This document shows positions 10,504 to 21,728 of a stretch of 64,000 nt of DNA, one piece after another. The stretch lies in assembly GCA_001662655.1 (NCBI GenBank), contig KV460213.1; one strand, 5' to 3'. Position 1 is the stretch's first letter. Each line of letters opens with the position of its first letter. Source of the DNA: Pseudogymnoascus verrucosus (Eukaryota). A program made the translations under genes and the position numbers. The notes under the pieces were generated by a model that was not told the origin of the DNA, did not search any database, and saw nothing but the letters and a program-made list of their open reading frames with translations.

Positions 10504-10927
10504 TGTTGCTATTGAGAGGATTTTGGTAGTGAGGTGCTTATTAGGTTGTTGCAACTTATAGGAGAAGAGAAGGACGGAGTGAAGCGGGGTGGGTTTGGGG
10601 GCTTTATACTGTTGGAGCAACGGAAGGACTGGTTCCCGGTGTGGTATATGACGCGTTATCGCTGGTGCCAAAGTGAGAACGTCAACTTTGTACCAAGCTG
10701 TTTGGAGTCGCTTACATAATCATACCTGATTTTCTGTCCCGTTATTTACGCGGCTTTCGGGCTCTCGGCTTTCGGCCTAAGGCCCAAGGCGTAACCCCCA
10801 TATAAGGGGTGACGAGACTCCAAAACAACCAGCGAAAGGACGCTAAGGTCATCCTCCTACCCTTACTTGTCTTTTATAGGTGGGGATATCAATGTGTAGC
10901 TATCGAAGCAGAGACTGCGTTAGGCGT

Positions 10928-11080
10928 CGGCAGGAAGGACGGTTAGGGTAGTGGCAAGAAGGAGCAACGGCAGGAAGGAGCAAACGACAGCAAAAATAAA
11001 CAATGACAGGAGGGAGCGACCAGCTGTGGCCGGAAGGAAAGAGCGACCTGGAGCGGCAGGAGCGGCAGGAAGGAAGGAGC
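10928..11080 (+). repeat. Degenerate purine-rich repeat (GGCAGGAAGGAGC-like, about 6 dispersed copies)
   Basis: Copies read ggcaggaagga, ggcaagaaggagc, ggcaggaaggagc, gacaggagggagc, ggccggaagga and ggcaggaaggaaggagc. Confidence 0.5.
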
Positions 11081-11697
11081 CAATGGGTCCCATCGCGACG
11101 CATCTTTAAGCATTTCTATTTCCACCCCAAGCTTCTGGCAGCCCATGGCTCTCTATCTATCTATCGCAGCGGCTTTTGGGGTCAACCGGCGAGTTTGTGG
11201 CAACTTATTCGATTCAGTTTTGGTGTTCTTTACTTCGATGCATGGCAACATGGCCTGGAGCAATATATCTAGGTAAAATTCTCACTAACAATTCCAATGT
11301 TAAACTTCTCCGCGGTCGATGTGATGATCTGTGGCGGCAACTGGTCCTCTGTACAATCAATCAAGGATGTTTCCTCCATACCAGTCCAACATGAGAACAA
11401 CGAGGGGATACAGTATGTCGCCAATAGTCGCATAATCCTAGATCAGATAATAGTAACAGCCTATATGAAGAGAGCAGGCAAGGTATTAATCCAAATTCTA
11501 ATGATCTACATGCCGGGGAAACTTGAATTGTTTTAAGTTCTCGTTTGTAAGTTTCCCGGCACAGTGTGCATATGTAAATCGAATGGAGGCCTAGTTTTCC
11601 AAAACTGTGATATTAATAGCTGCAATCGTAATCCTCATTGTAATGCCAATTTGCCCATCTGTCTAAGAACAGTCGGTGTTATCAAAAATGCGGATTC

Positions 11698-13982
11698 TTA
11701 CACCAACTTGATGCCATAGAAAACTCCGTCCTTGGAGAAGTGCTTTTTTATAGCACTTCTTAAATGAATATCCAAGTCTACCGGGCCATACGGTCTGTGA
11801 TAAATTAAATCGGGAGAAAGCGAGATCTGCGCCTCAGCTTTAATATCTCTACAAGATATCACCATATACTCTGTGCCCAGTACGTATTGGAACGAGCACT
11901 CCTCAGCTGGCCAACGCGTGTCAAGTTTCTTTTGGAACGTTTCCAAGCCCTCTGCGTCTTGGATGATCCGCCATCTTCCCCAGAGCTTTGCTATGAGAAC
12001 TTGTATACCCTCTCCTCTTAGCGGCTTGCGCATTTGAATAATTTTGCCACAAGTCGGACCATCTTTGACATCCATCCTAACATTCTGTCCAATAGTGTAC
12101 CCATTCTCAGGGCGAAGCTTCTCGAGGAGATTCCAACGTGGGTGCATACTTTTTAATGATACAATGTTTAGGTATGGGAGCCCCTTGGATTCCGATGGGA
12201 CTTCGTAGGGTGACATCTGCGTATTAGCTTCGAGGTTGTTAGTAGTAGATTAGAACCTAGTAGGATAATTAGTAAGCCCCATCGAAGGATTAAACAAGAC
12301 AAACCTATAGACTCTTGTACTCGTATACGCCTTGAAGGTGAAACTGTAGATATACCTGAATCTAGGTGAGCTGTTGTGGAATACTCATATACACACCAAG
12401 TACGACTTACCCTCGACTGCAACCTGTTTGTGCCGTGATCTTTTTTTAACAACGCCTCATCGTTAATCTTGCGTTTTGTAGGTTAGCTGCATCCGCTACG
12501 TCTTAAAGCCGCACCCCCCTTATCATTATTAGTGGTTGCTAGTTCCGGGGTAGGTCCATTTCAGTTCGGCTTCGCTGTGGTAGCTGCTACAACCGGGGCA
12601 GTTTCACTTCCATTCGATTCAATCGTGGCGGTTACTAAGGCCCGGCTGGTTTTATTTCTGTTCTGTTTTGCAGTGGTGATTGGCGGGGTCTGAGTAATCT
12701 CTTTTTTGGGGGGTTAGCTGTGAGAGCTGCTGGGACCTGGGGAGCATAATTTCTAGTCGATCTCCTCGTAAGGTTGGCTGTAGAGTTGCCGCTAATGTTT
12801 GAATCCGATTCATTCTGTATTTGCACGCCCTCAGTGATCTCCTCGTCCATGGCTAGGGTGATCTCCTCGTCCATGGCTGGAATGATCTCGTCGTCCACGG
12901 CTGGAATGATCTCGTCATCTATTGCTGCAGTGATCCCATCGTCCATGGCTGGAATGATCTCGTCATCTATTGCTGCAGTGATCCCATCGTCCATGGCTGG
13001 AATGATCTCATCGGCCTTTTCGCCAACAGCTAGGCAAGTTGCTTGGGGGCTAGTTTCGGTACTCTGGGCCGTAGAATTGGCGCCGTCATTTGAATCCAAC
13101 TTGTCTGGCGAAACTGGAGGGGTTTCCGTAAGTAATACAACTGCTGGTAGCCACACTTCCCAGCCATCTAATCCCCGCCGGTGCTTGATGCCTAGCATTG
13201 TGGTCGCTAGGATCGACTGTCCTGACTGAGATGAGTCGTCCTTAGTGTGATATTTCTCATTAAACGGGTCACCAATTTCTAGCCTAAAGGTAGCTAACTC
13301 CCCCCTAGAGGCCAAAATCGCTACATGGAGCTTTGTTGCGATATCCATAATCTGCCATTCAAGTTTAAGCTGTTGAGGACATGACCGCCCTTAAATTTTC
13401 TGGTCTAGATTTCATCAAAGCGTTGCGGCGCCTAACGAATATTGGTGGACGTTCTTCCCAAGTTGCAACGTGAACATATCTGATGAACGATTCTGCTAGT
13501 GATAAGTTCAGGTCTTGGCGCTATCATTAATACATACTCCGTGTTTCTTTTTTGTTTTATTTCTATAGATTTATGTTTCGCCAGCAACCTCTTTAGTGCG
13601 GTAGTATCATCGAATAAAACCCCACAATGGACTGCGAATTCATCGAACAAAGTGCAAACTACTGCACGAATCCACTGAACAGGAGTCGAACCTTCACTAT
13701 ACCACACTGGTGATTGAAGCTCCGCTGGGTACACTAAACGTACGGCGAAATGTCTCGAGGAACTGAGCGTGACTTCGCTTCGAATGCGCTGTTCCTTCAT
13801 GTAAGAATGACATCAAGCTGCAAGAAGCCGTCTAGTGTTGTTGGAACATGTTGCACATATTTAGAGACTGCCCACTCGAGACTCTCGAAACATCCAAGGG
13901 CCTCCTCCTTGGGTGTTTGGTTATCGCTATCCTGGTCCGACATATTCGCGGGACGGGTCGTTGTCTCGACTAGACCCTTCAT
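11698..13982 (-). pseudogene. Fragmented orphan gene(s), probably degenerate; the last segment (11698-12216) is weakly BAH-domain-like
   Basis: Co-oriented ORF pieces at 13797-13982, 13432-13800, 12635-13348, 12168-12452 and 11698-12216. The protein-like frame between 12635 and 12452 is interrupted by in-frame TGA (12561-12563) and TAA (12483-12485). Confidence 0.4.
12834..13012 (-). repeat. 24-bp coding minisatellite (~7.5 copies, 8-aa unit DEIIPAMD/DGITAAID) with an exact 48-bp higher-order duplication
   Basis: Units such as gtgatctcctcgtccatggctgga. The 48-mer atgatctcgtcatctattgctgcagtgatcccatcgtccatggctgga occurs twice in tandem. Confidence 0.9.
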
Positions 13983-14622
13983 CGAATGGCTCGGATGGCT
14001 ATATAGGCATTAGATATGAGCATGGAAATATATTTAAACCCCCTTTTAAAAAAGAGGCTTACATTGATTATCGAATCTTCCTAGACCGGCGATGATACAG
14101 GCGCGAAGCATCTCTCCTCCTCCACTACCAGCCTCATCGCTAAGGTTAATATGTCTCTGTTTTGCAGCTCTAGGGTGGTATTAATACGAGCGGGGGACCG
14201 AAACAGTATTAGACGTTAAATATTAGTGAGGCTACGAAGAAGACCAGAACCAAATCTGGTATATAACGTTGGACGTTGAAGTACTTCGTCATGTGGTTTG
14301 CCGAAAAGCGACTCCTGTTTTGTTTTTCCCCAATAGGGGACCATCCATCTCCTTGCATACATATGGTGATAGCACTGCCTCCAATATTACGGACCATAAC
14401 ATAGCCTTTTCAGCGAACAAATTTACTCAAAAGTAGAGGCAAGGAGATATATTATATTAGCTTAAATTGCTGTATCAATTCAGCTATGCACATGTCCCCT
14501 TCGGACCCAATATCCATCTATAAAAAAACACCCATCCCAGCACCCCAGCACCCCAACGCCATCCCACTCATCGTACACTCCCCCCCCCTTCTCACCCTCT
14601 CACCCTCTCACCCACTCACCCC

Positions 14623-15915
14623 CTAAACCTCCACAACCACCTCTTTCTCCCCCTTCCCCTCCCCCTCCACCCCCCTCCTCTTCTTCAACACATTCTCAAT
14701 AAACGCCTCCCCGGCCTTATAACTACTCCTCACCAGTGGCCCAGCCGCACAATACAAAAACCCCATCTCCAACGCCCTCTTCTTCCACGCGTCAAACACC
14801 TGCGGTGAGATGTACTCCTCAACCTGCATATGTCTCTTCGTGGGCCTCATATACTGTCCAAACGTAACCACATCAACATTCACCTCCCTCAGCCTCCTCA
14901 GGGCGTCCATAAGCTGCGGCTCCGTCTCTCCCAAGCCCAGCATAATACTCGTCTTCGTAATCAAACTCGGCACCGTCTCCTTCGCCCTCCCCAGCACCTT
15001 CAAAGACTGCGCGAACGTCGCGCGCCTATCCCTGACTTGAGGGGTAAGCTCATCCACCGTCTCGACATTATGCGCGTAAACATCCAGTCCCGACAGAGCG
15101 ACTTTATCAACCATCTCCAACTTCCCGCCGAAATCCCCCGTCAGCGCTTCAACCATTATCTCCCTCCCCCCGCCCTCCCGACTCTTCGACTTAATCTTCG
15201 CAATCGTCTCCGCGAAATGCGCTGCCCCGCCATCGAGCAGATCATCGCGGTCAACGCTGGTCAACACCACATACCCCAGTCCCCACCTCCTCAGCGCCTC
15301 AGCCGTGTTCTCAGGCTCATGCGGATCCAACGGGGCCAGATCCCACGCCCCCTTCGCCTTACGTGCCGTCTTCACAGAACAAAACCTACACCCCCTCGTG
15401 CACGTATCCCCCATCAACATAATAGTAGCCGTCGCAGACGCCTTATCCGAGCCTCCCCAACATTCCCCGATATTGGGACACCGCGCCTCTTCACACACTG
15501 TATGCAGCCCCAGTCCGCGGAGATCGGCTTTAATAGCTTTGAAGCCCGCAGAGGTGTTGGGGGAGGGGATGGAGGTCTTGAGCCAGGACGGGAGGCGGGT
15601 GATTTCTTTTTTTCCCACCTTTGCGGTTCGGGGGCGCAGGGCGAGCATTTCGGCGGGGGTGAGGGGTTGGTCGATGTCGAGGTATTCGTGCAGGGTGGGG
15701 ACGGGGGTGTCTTTGAAGTAGGTTGGGCGACCTTTGGTTGGCTTCGCTGCGGAGGCGTCGGCGGTGGTGGTTGTGTCTGAGGGGTTTGCTTCGCCAGCGG
15801 GCGTTGCAAGGCCGCGGACTGAGGAGGAGTTGATATAAACCGCCTTTGCTGCGTTGCGGAGAGGCGGTGCGTTCAGGCATCTGAAACGCGTGCTGGAGGA
15901 CGCCATGGCGTACAT
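14623..15915 (-). CDS. LIP5: Mitochondrial lipoyl synthase
   Basis: Auxiliary cluster motif [17 protein letters not shown], radical-SAM motif [18 protein letters not shown] and an N-terminal presequence. Confidence 0.97.
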   Translation of the reverse strand: MYAMASSSTRFRCLNAPPLRNAAKAVYINSSSVRGLATPAGEANPSDTTTTADASAAKPTKGRPTYFKDTPVPTLHEYLDIDQPLTPAEMLALRPRTAKVGKKEITRLPSWLKTSIPSPNTSAGFKAIKADLRGLGLHTVCEEARCPNIGECWGGSDKASATATIMLMGDTCTRGCRFCSVKTARKAKGAWDLAPLDPHEPENTAEALRRWGLGYVVLTSVDRDDLLDGGAAHFAETIAKIKSKSREGGGREIMVEALTGDFGGKLEMVDKVALSGLDVYAHNVETVDELTPQVRDRRATFAQSLKVLGRAKETVPSLITKTSIMLGLGETEPQLMDALRRLREVNVDVVTFGQYMRPTKRHMQVEEYISPQVFDAWKKRALEMGFLYCAAGPLVRSSYKAGEAFIENVLKKRRGVEGEGKGEKEVVVEV

Positions 15916-17619
15916 TGTGAGGTCGGTCGTGCAATTGGATTGTTTGGAGGTCTGGTGGTGATGTGATGATGGTGGTAATGGGCGACAAATTATTTTGTGA
16001 GGCCCCCGGAGATGGGTGAAGCACGCAGGACCAGGCTGAGAAATTCGACGACGGGTACTGGCGGAGGCGGATGTCCGTGCAAGTTTTGTGTTGAGGCACG
16101 TGACTTGGGGGCAGACGACGTCGATGGATGGAGCTGGATGACTGTTCTATGAAGTGGTAAGAATAACTTGTTTTATATGTAGTATTTATCGATGTGGTGT
16201 TTTACACAAGACGCTTTATTTGGTATTCTTGGTCGGAGGTTTCGAGGCAGTTCAAGGAGTAACCAAAATATATTCATTCACACGTACAGATTTATTCCTT
16301 CTAAGAAATATAATATCTATACCTAAACAAAGCTCATTGGCCTATTTCTACTGTATGAAACCCATTACAATATATAATCTATCAAATAAATAAATACACG
16401 CACTTAGAAAACACACACCTACAGTTGCTAATTATAAAAAAGTGAAGTCCTAGAGTAATATTCTGGCATGTAGGTGTAAATACCATTGTAGATCCAGCAT
16501 CCATCCCGGCAACTCGGAAAAATCCAGAATAAACCCGCAGATCCTACTCCAAACGACCAAAGATTTAGAGTTTAAACCGCACCCTCGATCAATTCCCAGA
16601 AAGGTAAAAGGTCACATAACAGCAGATAAACTACAAAACGAAAGAAAAGTAGCGCGCGCTACCAATCTTCATTTACGGCATCGAAGTGTCACAGATCACA
16701 AATCACACAACAGTCAAGCAGCATCACTCAAAGCCACCAAAACATATATCGAACACAAAATGCATTCCCTTTCCACATCCGCTCGCTACATGCCCTCCAC
16801 ATCCCCTACATGAACTCCAACACCCCATCCATCCACCAAGCCACCAAACACCAAGCCATCTGTGTCAAAAATCCACTCCCCACAAGTGGGATCAACGAAG
16901 AAGTAAGATTTCCCAAACATCAGCTCCCACCAGCAAACCTCAAGCGCCATCCCACCAGCCGGCGGAACGAGCGAAGTAACGGAATGCATCGGTGATGGTA
17001 CCCAGACCGTCACGTCCCCTTGCCACATCACCCCAACAACAAACACACTGGATCTCCCCGTCCCCCTTTGCCACAACAATTAGAATAAACCCCCAAACAC
17101 ACCCGAGAGATCCCTTCCCCTGACACACGAACAAAAAAAAAGTAGTAGTTAAAAAGAGGAGTTGATGCAATCGGCTAGACCCCAGGAGGCACAGCCCGCG
17201 GCGCGCACATGAGTGAAAGAAAACCAGGTTTGGTGTCTAGCTCGATTGCAAGAACGACGAAGAGGTACTTCACAAAATAACAAGATTGTAAAGGTGGGTA
17301 TTCGAGAAGCGTAAAATGGGAAGACGAGAGAGAAGAAGGATATGAATTAAAAGGAGTAGTGAGATGATGCAAATGTTTGCCCCAAAACCCCCCCTCCTAA
17401 CTCCATTCCTCCCTCCCCCTCTCCCAAAAGCCATAAGATGACAAAGAAGCCCCAAAGTCGGGGAACAAAAAGTAAGTAACAAGTAATGCATCAGCCTCTT
17501 GGGCGAGGGCAGAGTCGCTTTCAAAGATGTCGGAGGCACATGCAGGGCGTGAATGCGTTGATAACAAGAGTAGATGATCGCATCGAACGATTTCGAATAT
17601 TGCACCGCGCTCGACGCGC

Positions 17620-17991
17620 TTACAACAAAGCCGCAACAGCAACGGCAATGAAACCGAGAAGTCCAGCGTTGGAAGCCGACACGACCGGTGCCGCGCCAAC
17701 AGAGCTGCTGGGCTTAGCACCGGAATCAGTGGAAGTGGGAACGACGACGCCGCCGGTGCCGGTGCCGATGGGAGTAGTGGCGTTCTGGGCGATAGCGGTG
17801 GCAGGCAGGATGTAGCTCGAGGTGGTGTTTGGGGCGATGGAGGAGGAGGAGGTCAGGGTCACGGTGCTGACCTGGGAGACGTGGATGGTGCGCGTGATGG
17901 TCGCGGTGGAGGTGGTGGTTGCGACGGTGGTGTCCTGCGCGAGGGCGAGGAGGGGGAGGAGGGCCGCGAGGGTGAAGTTGATGAGTTGCAT
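17620..17991 (-). CDS. Small secreted Ser/Thr-rich, probably GPI-anchored cell-surface protein
   Basis: Signal peptide MQLINFTLAALLPLLALAQ, Thr/Ser-rich body and hydrophobic C-terminus after a small-residue omega region. Confidence 0.85.
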   Translation of the reverse strand: MQLINFTLAALLPLLALAQDTTVATTTSTATITRTIHVSQVSTVTLTSSSSIAPNTTSSYILPATAIAQNATTPIGTGTGGVVVPTSTDSGAKPSSSVGAAPVVSASNAGLLGFIAVAVAALL

Positions 17992-20900
17992 CTTGAATTG
18001 ATTGAGGTGGTTGGTGAGGTTTGGTTTGGTAGGTTTGTTATGTGGTTGTAGTGTTGTGTAAGTCGAGATTCAACCTCTGGCTTCTTGTTGTTCTGAGAAC
18101 TTGCTTTTGCGTTGCGCGTGAGGGAGTGACTGTTGTTGATATTGGGTACGACTTGCGACCGGAATTTGAAATTTGAGAGAGTGTGGTGTTTTCTGTTTCG
18201 AACAGTGTGTGTTTGATTGAGAAGGTTTTGTATAAAACGAGAATGACTTTGCCAACGAAGTCTGTATATGTGAGAGAGTGGATGGGTGAAGAAGAAAGAA
18301 GAGGAGAAGTGTGTGAAGGAGCGACGAGAAGTGTTTTGAAGGCTGTCTGGGTGTCTGGGGGGAGAGAACGGGAGAGTGGGTGGAGTGTGGGTGGTGGGCG
18401 TTGTTGGGCGGGCAGACTGGGTGCTTGGGGGTGGAGGGGGGGTGGATTTGGTGGATTAGGAGCGAATTGGCAGGCGAAGTGAATTTGAGTACTTTGCTGC
18501 CCATGTGTACCATGTGTACGAGGGTACAAACGGTACGATGGTACATGTCTTACACTTGCAAAAGTGAATTTCAAGTGGATTTCAAACGGCACCACAGTCA
18601 TTTCTGCCATTTCTGGGCGCGAAAGTGGTTGACAGGGGAATTGAACAGGGGTTCGCAGGGAGCAATTTAAGTGGCTGACGAGGGTTAGCGGCAAGTTGAG
18701 TAGGGCGACTGATTCCTGCGAGGTACGGGGATACATGGATTTGTTCATAGAGGTACTCCGAGCTGTCAGAGGAAAAGACGATTTCTGACAATTACTGGGC
18801 TTGCCACTTCACTTTCACTCTTGGCCCCCCCGTCTCCCTTCCCTGTCGCTTTTGTTGAAGGCTTTTACACGCTCTAACAGGCTCTTCCGTGGCAAAACGG
18901 CTAACATCGAGCCAGAGTATCACGAGAGCATGGCTAAGCTGGCCTGGTCTGTTCTGTGGCTTGTGGGCTGTCTGTGGTAAGTTACAGCAGTTCACAGTTC
19001 AATCTCTGTGGCATTGAGTGTGAGCCTGAGCTATTAATTAGCACTGCTGCTGTGTGAGTCGTGAAATCTGCTTGGTGCAACTTGCTCATCTCACACTCCT
19101 CATCTTGCGCACTCTAACTCCTGAACACACGCCTTCCACTCATCGTATTGCATCGTATTGCAACTGCTGATCAACAAGCCAATAGTCCAATAGCCCAGCA
19201 AAAGAAAGAGGTAATAAACACTGCCGGTCTCCCTCCCCAAGACCAACCCTTTCACAGCCAGAACAAGTGATCAACGCGCGCGTCTGTGGCCTGGGAGAAA
19301 GGTCAGGTCTGTTACTCACCTCTGTCGCCTTGCCCACCAACCAGCCATTGCCAACACACGCAGGGGGACCCGTCGCATCAAATCTTATTCTGAGTACGCT
19401 AGCAGGGATGTGGATTTTGTAGTTTTGCTCAAGTGGCAAGCGGGCGAGACGAGGCGCGTTTCAATTGGCCGCGGCAGAAACGGGCGGTGCGGGCGTGTTC
19501 CTGGCGCTAGGCTGGGATGGGGGTTAGTGGGAGGGGAGTGGTGGAATTAGCGTCAGTTACGGTGTTGATTGTAGTGGTGCTGTCACTCTGGGCGTTGTGT
19601 GGTGTGAGGTGCCTGGTGCACCTGTGCTGCTGCTGCTGTGTGCTCGCTAAAAGGCCCCTTGGCGGGAGTTGGCGGGAGTCGTGCTTTAGTGGTAAAGCGG
19701 ATGTTGTGAGTTGTGGAGAGCGCTACGGAGGCTAACTGAGATTGCGACTGTTGACCAGAGGACCAGAAGATGAGGTTTGTCTTAAGATGGTAAGGGTGCC
19801 CCGGTGGTATATGGGGATGGATGGAGAGAGAGACACTTGGGAGTGAGGTCTGAGTTCATGTGATGCGACAGAGGGAGTAGAGAGTATATGACAGAGGTTA
19901 GACGGCAGAACAGAGTATGAGACACACAGGACAATAAAGAACTGCATGTGCTGTATATGCTATATTCGTAACAAGCTGTTGTTAGAGGGGAAGGAGCAGG
20001 AGCGGACGGTTATAGCTTCACCATCAGCATCACCCCTCTGTCGCGTGCCTGCCGCTATCCGCCATCTGCCTCGCTCCTTCCTTCCCTTCCTCTAACCATC
20101 CCACTCCTCACTCGCTCCTTCCCCCTCCTGCTCCTTCCTCCCTTCCTTCCTTCTTGCTTGTACTCTCCTCCCTCGCACCTGCCAAACCAGCGCCGCATAA
20201 ACCCACACAAAACCCACAGAAACACCCGCACAAACCACCTTTCATCTCTCCCCTTGCTCCCCTTACCACAGCAGCACAGCACCACAGACAGTACTCCGTA
20301 GAGTAACCACTCAAACTCTCTCCCCTCCTGCACAGAACAACGCCGAACAGTGCACACCCGGCAGCCGGCACATCATTCGCACGCACGCGGGGTAAGTGAA
20401 GCACAGCACAGCACCGCAGATTACACGCGCCTACCCACCACTAAAACTAGATTACACGCAATCTCACAATCCACGCCCCTCCATCCATCTCCATCCATCG
20501 GACATGAGATACACTCAATTCCCACTCTCCCCTCACCACGTTACCACCCTTACCACACTTCCACCAGTATTTCAATACCACTGTAAGTTAGATACTATGC
20601 CTAACACACTACCAAGCCTTTTCCTAGCCTCCTCCACAGATCGACGGGAAATGAGATGGGGCATCTTCGCGGGCCCTTTCGCAATGGGAATCTCGCTACG
20701 CTTTGGTAAAGGGGCCGCGAGACAGGCGTCTGCTACAACGCCAGGGGAGAGGGGGGGGGGGGGGGGTGGCCCGTCCGTCATTTATTACGGCAGGGAAGTG
20801 AGTGAGTTGAGTGAGTGAGTGAGGTGAGTGAGAATCGCGAGATGAGGGCGAGACCGATGTTTCTCCTGGCTGCAGGTACGGTGGTCTGGACCGTACTGAA

Positions 20901-21137
20901 TGATGAGAGTACTATATATCAATATTCCCTGAGCTGAGACTTTTCAGCTCTTTAGCTCTTCAGCTCTTCTGCGGGATAATTACAGCGACAACTCGGGAGA
21001 GTGTCTGGAGTAATGCGATGGATGAATGTGACGCGTTGCTGGTCGCGCTGATTGCACTTTCATGGAGAGAGGATACAATGAAATCCCTCATATGGCCTTG
21101 AACGGACGCGGAGAGCATGTTACAATCTATCAGAGGT

Positions 21138-21342
21138 GCACGTGAGTGTTAAATTGTCCGAAACGGTAAGGAGCTAGAAATGGAGCTGAGAGGAGATATT
21201 TCACGTGAGTGTTGAAACGTCCACATACCAAAATGATCGGAAGCTTGAAATGGATCTGGAAAAGAAATATCTCACGTGATGATAAAACGCTCAAATCCAG
21301 CAGCTTGGAAATGGAACTGCAAAAGAAATATCCCACGTGACA
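21138..21342. promoter_or_regulatory. Degenerate 61-71 bp tandem array carrying four CACGTGA E-boxes upstream of MET1 (Cbf1-type sites)
   Basis: CACGTG at 21139, 21202, 21273 and 21334. The conserved block AGCT.GAAATGGA.CTG...GA.ATAT..CACGTGA precedes the last three. Confidence 0.7.
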
Positions 21343-21728
21343 TATTGGCGATTGCGTGCTCAACGGCCGGTACGTGCCCGCCATTTTCAACTGACAGCCT
21401 TGCATATCGAAGCCTTATCATTGGTCCGATAAGCTCTGATGGCCCTCCCAAAGTTTATCTGGGCTATCGCGGATTCAAAGCGGGATGTCAAAATGTAGGA
21501 GCAGCATTTCCGAGGGATCAGACTCATTCATTTTTTATCGCGGAGCTCTAATTCTTATTTCACTGTATTGGTAAAGGCATTGGCATCTTATATTCTGTAT
21601 TTAGGATACCATTTCCCTTCTTGGAGAGCGATACACCAGCTATATCAAAAGCGCCCGTCATAGCTGCCACCTTTCTCACCCCTCATTTTCACCTCCGATA
21701 TCCGCTCCTCGCAGCACTGGATGCTACA

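Noticed and set aside
10800..14400. Starship or other transposon
   Set aside because: No recognisable tyrosine recombinase captain, DDE transposase, RT, terminal repeats or target-site duplication.
14810..16099. Long antisense or alternate-frame ORFs over LIP5 (likewise over SSZ1, GH3, SCO1, ADH)
   Set aside because: These are shadow ORFs caused by high GC3 codon bias and carry no domain signal.
18038..21000. ORFs upstream of the GPI-protein gene (e.g. 18038-18748)
   Set aside because: They are low-complexity translations of skewed UTR/promoter sequence with no motifs or credible splice structure.
21138..21342. CRISPR-like repeat-spacer appearance of the CACGTG arrays (also 32911-33085)
   Set aside because: The context is eukaryotic with no cas genes. 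The repeats are degenerate and the spacers resemble each other, which fits ordinary tandem duplication.
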